Translations under genes and position numbers: made by a program | In this document: piece after piece, positions 13,558-24,095 of the stretch | How the letters are laid out: every line of letters begins with the position of its first letter | How positions within the stretch are numbered: position 1 is the first letter of the stretch | Notes under the pieces: model-generated | The model's database searches: none | What the model was told of the DNA's origin: nothing | Seen by the model: only the letters and a program-made list of their open reading frames with translations | Assembly (NCBI GenBank): GCA_029717555.1 | Contig: JAMDHS010000014.1 | Span: 1-64,000, forward strand | DNA length: 64,000 bases | Source of the DNA: Peribolospora baueri | Lineage: Eukaryota | Direction: 5' to 3'

Positions 13558-13662
13558 CCTTCTTCCACCCACATCTCTGTGACGACACCCTAACTGACCC
13601 ACCCCTCTATCTCTCCAACTCCTTCCAACAACCTCGCTTGACCTCGCTCGCTCCACACCGAA

Positions 13663-13971
13663 ATGAGCCTCTACTCTCTCACTCGCCTCGTAGGGCCGCT
13701 TGTGTTCTCCACCGCGATCTTAGCGACGGTCACCATCGTTGGAACTAGGGGTCTCCCTACGTCCGACGGCACCTACTTCCTCGCTGCCGCCGCCAGACTA
13801 GCTCCTCGCGACCGGTGTTACCCGGTCTGCGTACTCAACCGTTGCTTTTGCCCGGCCTCGTGCAACGGTGTCTGTCCAGACTACGGCTCTGGGTGGGACG
13901 GTCCGGACCCCAACAACAGGCACCAGTATGGCCATCACTTTGGTGGATACTCTTTCGGGCAAGGCGGCTGA
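13663..13971 (+). CDS. Orphan small secreted cysteine-rich precursor (102 aa; signal peptide + propeptide + 6-Cys peptide)
   Basis: Intronless ORF. Hydrophobic N-terminus LVGPLVFSTAILATVTIVG, likely cleavage TRG|LP, propeptide ending LAPR, then DRCYPVCVLNRCFCPASCNGVC and a G/Y/H-rich tail. Upstream TATA box. Confidence 0.7.
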   Translation: MSLYSLTRLVGPLVFSTAILATVTIVGTRGLPTSDGTYFLAAAARLAPRDRCYPVCVLNRCFCPASCNGVCPDYGSGWDGPDPNNRHQYGHHFGGYSFGQGG

Positions 13972-14030
13972 GACCACTTGGACTTGGACGCGCACACATC
14001 CGAACGTCGCCAGGACACTGTGGACGGGCG

Positions 14031-15639
14031 TAAGCCAACTGCTCCTACGGCTTGATCGACGAGGTGAGCATACTTTCTTTCCTTTTTTCCCCCCTATATA
14101 TGTAGTCTAGACTGGGCCAATGGACTAAACTTTTAATTACCTCCTCTCGAACACAGGCCCAATGATCCATACCCAGCTGGATCGAGCAAAAGGCGACCGA
14201 AGCCCGAGAGACAATGAAGAAGCAGGGTGTTATCTACGGCGGCTCCTTGCCATGCCGACACATGTGCAGATATCAGAGCGGGTCCTTCTACCCATACCCT
14301 TTGTTTAAGGACATCGAGGTGAGCCAGGACAGCCGCTTGGGGAACTTGAAGGAGCGACCTCGTGTCTCGCGAATTGACCAGCTTTCCCCATGGAACAGTC
14401 AGCACTATTGGCGCATTGAGCCGTCGGTCAAATACCTTCTGCGATCTCGACGCCAAGTGCTTGATCCGATCCGATCAGGAGATTCTCTCTTGGACTCACC
14501 AGCTTGGGACCCTCCCCATTGCATCTTCCCCGTCTCGTTATCCTTTCAGTATGACCCCTTCCGCTTCATAGCCGAGAACAACAAGAAGTACGGTTTCGTG
14601 TTCAGTTTGTACGAGTACGAAGCGACTATTCCCATGCTTTGGAAGGAGACCCAAAGGTGAGGGCAATCACGACTGTACGCACGTGCACATGCTGAAGGCA
14701 AACCTGCGCTGCTCTCGTTCCTTCGTTTGCTCGTGTTGCGTCGCCTTTTTACTTTTCGACACGACCCCCGTCCTTTTCGTCCAACAGAATTCATCGCCCA
14801 AAATCCACAGTACCTCGCCAGTGATAACGCTATGGACTTGATCTCCGACGACGGGGGACTCGGCGTAACAACCGGTGTCAGTTTTGTGGTCCAAGTGTGT
14901 CTCGAGGCGTGATCCTGCTTCTTCTCGTATAGATGTTCGGCCGGGTCATTCTGACACCACCTACCTTTTGTGCGCTGCCTATAACAGCATCGAAATCGGC
15001 ATCTCTCGATCTCTGGGCGCTCTGAAGCATACGAGAAGTAAATTTTGACCACTTGGGACAAAGCAGGCGGCAGTTCTTCTACGAGGTGCGCGCCTTTGCT
15101 CTCAAGCCTGTCATGGAGGACATCCACGCATATTTCTCTTCACCTTTTTAACTCTATGATACTCTTTCTTTGTCTCTTTGCCCCTTTAAGCGGTAGGGCG
15201 ACGCAACCGGTGGCACTCCCTCGCGGGCCTCGCTTTTCCTCAATAGGAGCCAGCTTCACTTCTTCGAGGTGTGTACGCGTGTGATACGGGCCGGGTCGCG
15301 CCCCTTCGAATATCCAGGATGTGCCTAGATCTAAAACGTCTTACTCATTTTACGTGCTGTCGGCGTTGTGGCATATCAGGATATCGGTGAGCGTTCGGCG
15401 GCCGTTCCCATGCAGGGCCTCTTCCTCGTGTGCAAATCTCTACCTCGCGCTTAACTCGACTCGGTTTCGCTGAATTAATGTTCCCTTATGTGCCTGCAAC
15501 CCCCTTATCCTATCCTACAACCGCCAATTGAACATCGTCCCCAAATAGCTTATTAACCCCCCCCCCCCCCACCCTCTTCTTCACGCACTGCTCAAGAAGG
15601 CTGGCCAAGCAGGGCACCTCCTGCAGCTGCGATTCGCAG
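14031..15639 (+). pseudogene. 5'-truncated, disabled GT15 (KRE2/MNT1/KTR) alpha-1,2-mannosyltransferase remnant
   Basis: Exon remnants: CSYGLIDE|AQ*SIPSWIE..VIYGGSLPCRHMCRYQSG, HYWRIEPSVKY+FCDLD|YDPFRFIAENNKKYGFVFSLYEYEATIPMLWKET, DNAMDLISDDGG, LD+KAGG+FFYE|R*GDAP+HSLA..LFLNRSQLHFFE|DIG. Stops at 14163 (W>TGA) and 15194 (W>TAG) plus many frameshifts. Confidence 0.9.
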
Positions 15640-16184
15640 GTGAAGGTGAGCTTCCACATCACACCGTCTTATCCTCCGATCGTTCTTGCGTTTGACAAGG
15701 GCCGGTCGGACGGGACACTTTGGCTCGTCTTCCATTTGTACCCCCTTCTCATCTATCTATCTGCCTGTCTGTCTGTCCTCTTCACACCTTTACACCTTCT
15801 CTGTGGCCCCTTCAGCCACGTAGCGTACTCATGCCTGCCTCTACCTCGATATGAGAGGCTTGTGGGGCAAAAGTTCGTCCGAAATCGTATTTCGTCGTAA
15901 GATGGGGGGTGGGGCGGGGTGGGCGGGTGGAAAGGAATATTCGTAAGAGGTACAAGCAAGATAGATAGACAGATGGATAGATGGATAGATAGGTAGAGGG
16001 GGGCACGACGATGGATGGGAGGGGGAGGGGAGGGGGGATGGGGGGATGGAAGACGCCTTTGGCGAAGCGAAAGCGAAGGCAAAGGCGATGGCGATGGGGA
16101 GAGCAAGGGAAGGCGAGGCGAGCAAAGGAAGAGAAACACACACACATGCATACATGTATGTATATGTGCGACGCCAGCCCGCTT

Positions 16185-18976
16185 TCACTCCTCGTCGTCG
16201 TTGTCGACATGGCGGTTACCCGACCGTCCAATCTCGTTATCCGACTCCTCGTTTTTGTCGAGGTGACGGAAGGAGATGTAGAAGATGGCACCGGCGACAA
16301 AGGCGGCGATGGCGATGCCAGAGTACATGCCCACCAGGTACGGGTCCGCCGATACGCTCACCAGCGCTTCGCCGATTGCGTTGGCCAGTGCGGTCATGAA
16401 GAGGAAGATGGCCTGGGAGAAGAAAAAAAAATGAACAAAGGAAGACGGTGGGATGTGGAGGATGGGGACTCGCGCGACGCACCATGACGAGCGACTTCAT
16501 GCGCGCGGGCGCCTTGAGGTAAGCGTACTCGAGACCTGCGGGGCGTCACGTCACACGTTCAGTCGGGGCATTCGTCCGTAGACTCGACTCGACTCGATCC
16601 ATCTCCGCGCGCGCTCACCGGTGATGGAGGCGAAAATCTCGGAAAAGGCGATGAGGACGTAAGCGGGGATCTGAATCCAGCTGTGAGCGCGGAGCGGAAC
16701 GGTTAGGGGGGGTCAGACAGAAGTGAACAGAAGGAGGAGCTAGTTAGCGTCGGGACATACACGTTGATGCCGACGGGGTCGCAAGGGTTGTCGTTGGTGC
16801 CGAGGCCGTTCCGCATGCATGGGCTCTGCTGGTAGATCTTGTACTGGAGCACGGCGGCGTAAACCATGGAGAGGGAGGCGAAGAAGAAACCAAAGGTGAT
16901 ACGGGCGATCGGCCTGAACGGTCGGTGGATACGACGGAAGAAGGGGTAGACGACGCGGTCGACGATGGGGATGAAGACGATGAGCGTGATGGCGTCAAAG
17001 TTCTGGATCAGGTCGTTGGGCACGCCTCTGAGGTCCATGACGCCGGCCTGAGAGATGAGGTTGTTGGTCCTGGAAAGGGGGGGGGGACCGGTAAGCGAGG
17101 AGGCTGTTCAAGGGGACACGTCATTCTCGCGACTTACATCTGGTTGTAGCTGTCAACGAGGGACGAAGGCGAAGCGAGGTGAGCGCGAGGCGTGTGGGGA
17201 TGACGATCACCGGCAAAGAAGAAAAACTCACGCGAGCCAGTAGATCGGCTACGGAGAGGGACGGGATGAAGAGAGAGAGAGAGAGAGGCGTGTTAAGAAG
17301 AACGAGAAGAGCCGAGCCGAGCCGAGTCGAGCCGGACTGGCGACTCACGTAAAAAGCAAAGACCTTGCAGGCGCTAAAGGTGCGCTTGACCTCGTCGACA
17401 AACGTGTCGTCCCACGTGAGCCAGGACGGCTTGTTGCGTCCCTCGGCGTCCATGACGACCTCCTTTGTCTTTTTCGTCGGCCCTCCGTGGACGGCGATGT
17501 AGGTCGGCTTGGCCCTGTCCCACAGGCTGCCGTCGATCTTTTGGGTGATCGTCTTGTAGAGCGTCACCGGGTTCCAGGACCAGGCGCTGGCGAGGACGAG
17601 GCGGCAGACCTTTGCGGCTTCGAGGATGACGGAGCCACGCGGGGGCAACTTGACGTACTTGTTCCTGCCGAGGACGAGGAGGGTGGGCACGAGGATGAAG
17701 ACGGCGGTAGGGAGGAGGAAAGAGAGCCAGAAGCCGACGTGGCGCTCGGACTCGGTGGTGGCGATGGAGGAGAGGGAGCCGAGGTTGATGAAGAAGTAGA
17801 AATAGAGGAAGACGCGGCCGACGGTCGCGCTGGGGTCGACGATGACCCTCTCGCCCTTGTCGGTGGTGCGGACCACCTGGACTTGGCGGGTGAGCTGGTC
17901 AGCGATGAGGGGAGCGACGTTGGACTTGATACCGCCGGTGCCGAGACCCATGATGATCATGCCGACGATGAGACCGGGGAAGGCGCCGTTATGGAGGAGG
18001 CTGGGAGGGATGGAGGTGAGGAGGATGATGAGAAGGCCGGCGATGTAGACGCTGGTGAAGACACAGATGGCCTTGAAGCGGCCCCAGCGGGTGTCGGCGA
18101 GGATGGCGCCGAGGAAGGCTGTAGGCGGTGAGGGAGACGAAGTGAGTTCGAATTCGTCGTTGACGGGCGAGGTGTGATTTGACGAGACTCACGGGTGACG
18201 TAGCAGAAGAAGCTAAAGAAGGTGGTGAGACCGGTGGCAGCCTGCTGGCCTCTACCTGAAGAAGAGAAGAAGGAGAAGAGGAAGAAGAAAGGGTAAACAT
18301 TAAAATGCCAAGCGTGCGCCGACGGGAAGGAGGGAGTGAAGGACGTGCTCACCGATAGCACCGGGGACGTCGGAGGCGGTCATGGCCCTTCCGGTCGTCG
18401 AGCCGGCAGGAAGTGGGTTCTGGATGTAGTCTGTATGAATCGATGGTGTGAGAGCGTTGACCTAAAACAAAACCGGGGCGTGAACTCACTCTGGAAGGGA
18501 CCTATCATTCCGTAGTAGGCGAAGCGCTCGGCGAACCTGCGAAGCGGGGGGCGACACGAGGAGGTGAACGGGAGAGCGAAAGGACAGGAGGAGGAGAGAG
18601 AGGAGAACTCACTCGACGCCGACGACAAAGTAGGCACTCAGGGGGATTTTATCGCTGACCTTGCGGAGCGTCACGCGCTCCTCCTCGGTGGGCAGGCTCT
18701 CGCCTTCGGCAAGGGAAGCGTTGAGGTAGGCGGGCGGGGGATCGCCAACACGGGCGACGTTGACGTCTCCGCCGTCGCCTTCTTTTCCGACGGGCACCTT
18801 TTCGTGGTCATTGTTCTGGAGCCTTTCCTTGGCGAGGGATTGGCGGATCTCGACTTGGGCCTCGGCGTCGACGGCCGTCGACAAGTGTTCGGTTCCGGCT
18901 GCGAAGGGGGAGGGAGACACGGTGGTGAGCGGGGAGGGGACGGGTGGGCGGGGGATGGACATGGTCACTCACCCAT
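16185..18976 (-). CDS. PTR2: POT/PTR-family di/tripeptide transporter (MFS), many exons
   Basis: ATG+G at 18976-18973 then a GTGAGT intron. VEFAERFAYYG (ExxERFxYYG), ILADTRWGRFKAI, GLGTGGIKSNVAPLIADQ, FLYFYFFINLGSLS (PTR2 motif), GVPNDLIQNFD, SEIFASITGLEYAYLKAPARMKSLVM; stop 16185-16187. Confidence 0.95.
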
Positions 18977-20045
18977 GACTGCAAGGAGAGGAGTAGGACG
19001 GGGGAGGGGAGGGAGGAGGGGGAGGGAGGAGGAGGGGCGGAGGGGGAAGAGAAGGGAGGGGAAAAAAGACGGTGGTGGGTTGGAGGAGGGAGGGACTATA
19101 AGGCGGTGGGTGAGCGGATGCGGAGCGGAGGATGGGCGGTAGGTTATTATTAGCGGTGTCGCTTCTCTGTGTGCGCGTGTGCGCGTGAGTGCGAGTTGTC
19201 CAAGTTGTCCGTGTGCAAGTGTCAAGTGTAAATGTATTTCATGTATTTCACGTATGTATCTATCTATCTGTCTGTCTGTCTATCTGTCTGGTCTGGACTC
19301 TGGACTCGGTGTTGTCCACGCTCAGGCACGCAGGCGACGCGACCGAACGCAGCCAGGCACGACAGGGCGGCAGGGACAGGCAGGCAGGGCCAAGGAAGTG
19401 GGTTGGTTGGGGAGATAGAGATAAGTGGGTGATGATGGACACGGGACAAAGCATGTGAACAGGACAGACGCAGGCGCAGGACAGGCGCAGGACAGGCGCA
19501 GGAGCAGGACGAGGACGAGAAGGAGCCCAAGGTCGAGCCAAGCGAAGGGGCAGGTGAGGAAGGAGGGAGGGCAAGTGGGTCGAGCGGGGCCACGGATGGC
19601 GTCGTCGCATCGCGTCGCATCATCCCATCGGTACAGCCGAGCCCAAGTCGAGTCCGCGTCCTCCCTCTTCACCCGCTCCGTTCGCGTGACCGCGTCGGAG
19701 GAGCGGGAGGGTGGGCGGGCGATAAGCGTTGGGCCAGCAGGAGGGGCGTTGCGGCGAGGAAGGAAAAAGAAAAAGGAAAGGGAAAAAGGAACCGAGGCAG
19801 GCGACCGCGTCCGCTGGTTGATCCGACGACAAGAGAAAGAAGGAAGAGCATTGCTTCTATCGAACACCGGCGGCTATTCCTCCCGCTGGGCACGCGACTG
19901 CGGCAAGTGGGGACAACGGCGTAAAACGTACAACTCTACACCCGACAGTCGACCAACCGAGCGCGGCGTCTGGTCTGTGTCTGGCCGGCCGCTAGCCCTC
20001 CTCGCTCGGACTGGCCCGGTCCGGGCGGCAGCGCAACACATGATC

Positions 20046-20046
20046 G

Positions 20047-20096
<50 letters not shown>

Positions 20097-20112
20097 CGGC
20101 TGACCGGCTGAT
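20046..20112. repeat. (GGCT)n microsatellite with degenerate GGCTGACC units
   Basis: About 10 consecutive GGCT units seen directly. Confidence 0.9.
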
Positions 20113-20511
20113 TGGCTCGCCCGCTCTCCACCCGACCCATCCTGCCAATTACGCCATACGACGCAAGGCCGGCCAGCCGATGCGATGCGATGCGGTGGGA
20201 CGCCACGCGACGCGACGGGTCACGAGCTTGGCCGCGCCCACCTCGTGCTTTCTTTCTTTCTCCGCATTCCCTCTCTCCCATCCGTTCGTCCCTCCTCGCC
20301 TCCGACTCCCTCCATCCATCCCTTCGCCACGTCTTCCCATCGGCACACAGACGCAACGACAGATATATACGTTAAGTTTGCCCATATGCGTGTATATTTG
20401 CAACCTTCTCGACCGGCAATGGGATCCATACCCGACTTCGTCGTCTGGCAGGGATCGGGGAATGACACGAGAGATGGCATAGAATAATGGACCGGACGGA
20501 CGGACGGATAA

Positions 20512-20546
20512 ATAATGGATAATGGATAATGGATAATGGATAATGG
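20512..20546. repeat. (ATAATGG)x5 tandem repeat
   Basis: Five perfect 7-mers, producing GATAA at each junction. Confidence 0.9.
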
Positions 20547-20819
20547 AAGGGAGCATGTTGGAGTGAGACGCAGAAAAGAGGACCGATCGATGGACGATGA
20601 TGGACGGCGGGCAAACGTAGTCCAGGCGGAAACCGAGGCCGAGACAGAGACAGACAGACGGAGACACAGACACAGACACAGACACGGACACGGACACGGA
20701 GACAGGGAGACGACGACACAGAAAACCCGCAAAGACGCAGCTGCCGAACGGCGGAAAACGAATTAAAAACCGAAAGAAAGAAAAAAGCGAGCACGAACGC
20801 CGTCGGCCACGACAGATGA

Positions 20820-23800
20820 TCATCCCAGCATATCGTACTCGCTCCCAAAGCCTCCCAAGCTCCCGTATCCGCTCTCGTACGGCGACGCCGGAGGACGACC
20901 GCCGTCGACGCCGCACGAAGACGAAAACGGCCCAGACGCAGACGCAAACGCCGACGAGGTGGGGCCCCGAGACGGCGAACACGACGACGACGACGGCGGC
21001 GGCGAGGGGCAAGACGAGGAGTTGGACGACGACGACGAAGACGCGAACGGATGGGGCGCGCCGGCGGAGCTCGCCACTGACAGCGCGTCCAAGTTTGTCA
21101 CGCCGCCGCCATGTCCCAGTTCATGCCCACCGTCCTCGCCAGCTCCGCGAGGGAACCGAGTCGACGTCGGAGAAGGCGTGCCCGGAAGCGACGGCACCTT
21201 CTCGTGACCCCACCTGGCCGCGGCCGCTCGCAAAGCGCTGTTCGCCGCCGCTCCTCCGCGAGGAGAAGAACGCGGGCCGAAGCAAGGCGATCGTGGCGAG
21301 AGCAGGCCATTCGCCGACGCTCGATGCGGCGAGCCTCCGCAGCCGCCGGTCCAAGAGGACGACTGGTGATGGCCGGCAATGGACGCCAAGCCGGTCCGAC
21401 CGGGCGAGGCGGAACGCGACCTCCGCCCGTCGTCCTCCTCCTCCTCTTCCTCGCCATCACACTCCTCCTCTCCTCCGCCGCTAGAAGTCGTAGAAGACGG
21501 CGCGTCGGGAGAGCAGCTCGTGTCGGACGACCCTACGGCGCTTCCACCACGCAGCCGACCATCAGAGGTCCCACCGTGGAGCGGACCGAGACCTTTGACG
21601 ACGCCGGGCCTGCCCGCTCTCCCACGGTCTACATCGTCCTCCTCTCCGTTCCCCCAGCGCCTGGACGCCGCCTCGTCGTCGTCGTCCTCGCCCTCGTCGC
21701 CGAACAAGGTCATCTCCGAAAGCCTTTCCGGAGGCGTCGCAGCCTTGGGACGGATGACGGCTGCAGACCAGCCGCACCCATTGCCGGCGGCGGTGACCCG
21801 ATCCGGAGAGACGCTGGACGAAGAGTTGCGACGGCGTCGACGGACGGGGACAGGAGGGAAGAGCGCCGCATTGGTCGTCGAAGACGAACATGACGAGCAA
21901 GCTGGGTCGTCCGCATCCGACGGGTCGTTAGAATTGGCGCAGCCGGGCAAAAGGCCAAGCTCGACGTTGAGCTCCCTCATCTCCTCCACGTCCTTCCTGC
22001 TCAGCCTGTTGGACACCGGACAGCTGGACCGATCGTAATCCACGGGAGAGTGCGCCTTGAAGCTCTGCGGCGGTCCCGGACTAAAGTGCACGCTGTGGCG
22101 CGTGCGGCCGCGGCGCTCGGAGCGGAACGAGCTCGTGCGAGATCCGCCGCTGCTATTTCCCCCGCCTCCAGGGCAGGCGGCAGAGGCAGAGTCGGGCGTC
22201 GACGAGCGCGTGGAATCGGCGGAGGAATGGACGGCGGGAGATGGAGAACCTTGGCCGGAAGAGGAGTTGTTACGCCCCTTGCCATGGCGAAGCGACGGTC
22301 GCAGGGGCGGTCGACCGAGTAACGGAACCTTGTGTGCCTCGGCTTGACGTTCGTGCAAAAAATCGCGGGGCTCGACCTCGATGGTGGCCCAGAATGTCTG
22401 CTGTTCGGGTGACCGCGGCGCGCTCTCCTCTCCTTCCACTTCGTTCCGGCCTCCTGGGTGTCCACGAGCTGTCGCGGCCTCATTGCGGACGACTACAATA
22501 GACGACGTGGGCGTGGTATCAGCGGCCTCGTCCTCCTCGTCCTCGTCCTCTTCCTCGTATCCGGTCTCGTCCATCTCGCCGTCGGCCGTATCGGTCACAG
22601 TCGGCTTAGGAGACGAAAACGGACGAGAATGATGAACGTCGTCTACCGCTTCCTTTCCCGCGAGGGACGAAACGGGTGGGGCCGGAGAGGCGGGAGACGG
22701 CTGTCCGTTGCTGGAGCAAGGCGACATCCGCACGGCGGGCGGGTGAGACGGCGGCGCCGAGGAGTGGATCGTCAGTCCCGACAATCCATCTTCGCCGACG
22801 ACGCGCTCGAGTGCCGTGATGAGCGGTCCGGCTATGCTGCTCGACGCGGCGGCGATGGCGGGGACGGGACCGACGACGGCGGACGACGATGGCAGGCGAG
22901 AAGGGGACGGTTCGGCGTGACGGTGGCGAAACCGGTGAGCGGGAGGAGTGGAACGACGATGACGGGCGGCGCCGACGGACTTGAAGTCACGCGAGCGCGA
23001 TAATGATGATGGCTTGGCGGATGCGAGAGAGGGGGCGGACGATGCGTCGACGGGAGCGTCGTGCTTATCTTTGCCCTCCTCGTCCTTATCGCCTCCCTCC
23101 TCGTAGCTTATCGGCAACGTTGCATCCGGCTGGCGCGCATCACGCACGAGCGCAGACTCCGACGGCGGGCTGTGCCCCTCGCCGTCGTGACGGAGCGCCT
23201 GAGATAGGGAACGCGCAGAAGGAAGGGCAGGACTTGGCGGAGCGTTGCCGGGGCTCTCCAAGCTCTCCTCCGGTACCTCCTTCACCACCTCGAGCGCGAG
23301 ACTTAGTCCCATGACACAGCAGGAAGATGGCGGCACGGCAGCGCCGTTGGCGAGAGCACCGTGAGGGCAGGTGGGGCGGTCGACCATAGAGCCATCCAAG
23401 GTCGAGTGTGGAGCGCCCTCTCCTCTATCTGTGTCTTGCTTGCCCTTGTCCTCTCGCTCGACGTCCTCCTCTTCCGTCTCCTCGACGCACTCCAGCTCGC
23501 TCAGGTCGTCGAGCTCCTCATCGAGCCTTCTCCCGTTGAGGCTGTAGGCGGAGCCGAGAGAGCTGATGCTGGTGAAGCTGACCGGTGAGTCGGGTACGGA
23601 GGAGGAGTACGAGTAGTCCAGGCTGGGCGAAGGTGGCACGCTGGGCGCGGTCGACGCTGAGGGGATGGAGCCAAAGCCGGCCGACGCGGAGAGGGGGCAA
23701 GTGGTGTACTCCTTGTCGCTGTGGGGGGTGCGCGGGTGAAGGGCCGAGTGGGCGTGCAGTTGGGCTACGGTGGGCGTCGACGGGGAGTGGGTATGGTGGT

Positions 23801-24095
23801 GGTGGAGGGCGTGACATGGCTGGTGATGTGCCGTCGAGGCGAGAGCGGAGGTGGGCAACATGGCGACCTTTGCTGAGAGCTGAGCGGGAGCGACGCGAAC
23901 GACGGCCTCGTCGGGACGCTGACGCTCCGAGCGCGGTATCGAAGAGTCGTCGGCGGCGGCGGGCGAGGCAACGGCGACGCCGACGCCGACGCCGCCTCCA
24001 GGCTGACCGCTACTGCTACTGCTACTACCTCCGCCACTATTAGGACTACTGCTGCCTCCCTCATCGCCCCCGGAGTCGTGGGATGACGAAGACAT
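20820..24095 (-). CDS. 1091-aa single-exon low-complexity protein with one conserved-looking PP1-docking segment (VxF...YDR; Bni4/phactr-like motif)
   Basis: Uninterrupted 3.3 kb ORF with Ser/Pro/acidic bias and a pyrimidine-rich leader; motif RTRHSVHFSPGPPQSFKAHSPVDYDRSSCPV. Confidence 0.75.
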   Translation of the reverse strand: MSSSSHDSGGDEGGSSSPNSGGGSSSSSSGQPGGGVGVGVAVASPAAADDSSIPRSERQRPDEAVVRVAPAQLSAKVAMLPTSALASTAHHQPCHALHHHHTHSPSTPTVAQLHAHSALHPRTPHSDKEYTTCPLSASAGFGSIPSASTAPSVPPSPSLDYSYSSSVPDSPVSFTSISSLGSAYSLNGRRLDEELDDLSELECVEETEEEDVEREDKGKQDTDRGEGAPHSTLDGSMVDRPTCPHGALANGAAVPPSSCCVMGLSLALEVVKEVPEESLESPGNAPPSPALPSARSLSQALRHDGEGHSPPSESALVRDARQPDATLPISYEEGGDKDEEGKDKHDAPVDASSAPSLASAKPSSLSRSRDFKSVGAARHRRSTPPAHRFRHRHAEPSPSRLPSSSAVVGPVPAIAAASSSIAGPLITALERVVGEDGLSGLTIHSSAPPSHPPAVRMSPCSSNGQPSPASPAPPVSSLAGKEAVDDVHHSRPFSSPKPTVTDTADGEMDETGYEEEDEDEEDEAADTTPTSSIVVVRNEAATARGHPGGRNEVEGEESAPRSPEQQTFWATIEVEPRDFLHERQAEAHKVPLLGRPPLRPSLRHGKGRNNSSSGQGSPSPAVHSSADSTRSSTPDSASAACPGGGGNSSGGSRTSSFRSERRGRTRHSVHFSPGPPQSFKAHSPVDYDRSSCPVSNRLSRKDVEEMRELNVELGLLPGCANSNDPSDADDPACSSCSSSTTNAALFPPVPVRRRRRNSSSSVSPDRVTAAGNGCGWSAAVIRPKAATPPERLSEMTLFGDEGEDDDDEAASRRWGNGEEDDVDRGRAGRPGVVKGLGPLHGGTSDGRLRGGSAVGSSDTSCSPDAPSSTTSSGGGEEECDGEEEEEEDDGRRSRSASPGRTGLASIAGHHQSSSWTGGCGGSPHRASANGLLSPRSPCFGPRSSPRGGAAANSALRAAAARWGHEKVPSLPGTPSPTSTRFPRGAGEDGGHELGHGGGVTNLDALSVASSAGAPHPFASSSSSSNSSSCPSPPPSSSSCSPSRGPTSSAFASASGPFSSSCGVDGGRPPASPYESGYGSLGGFGSEYDMLG

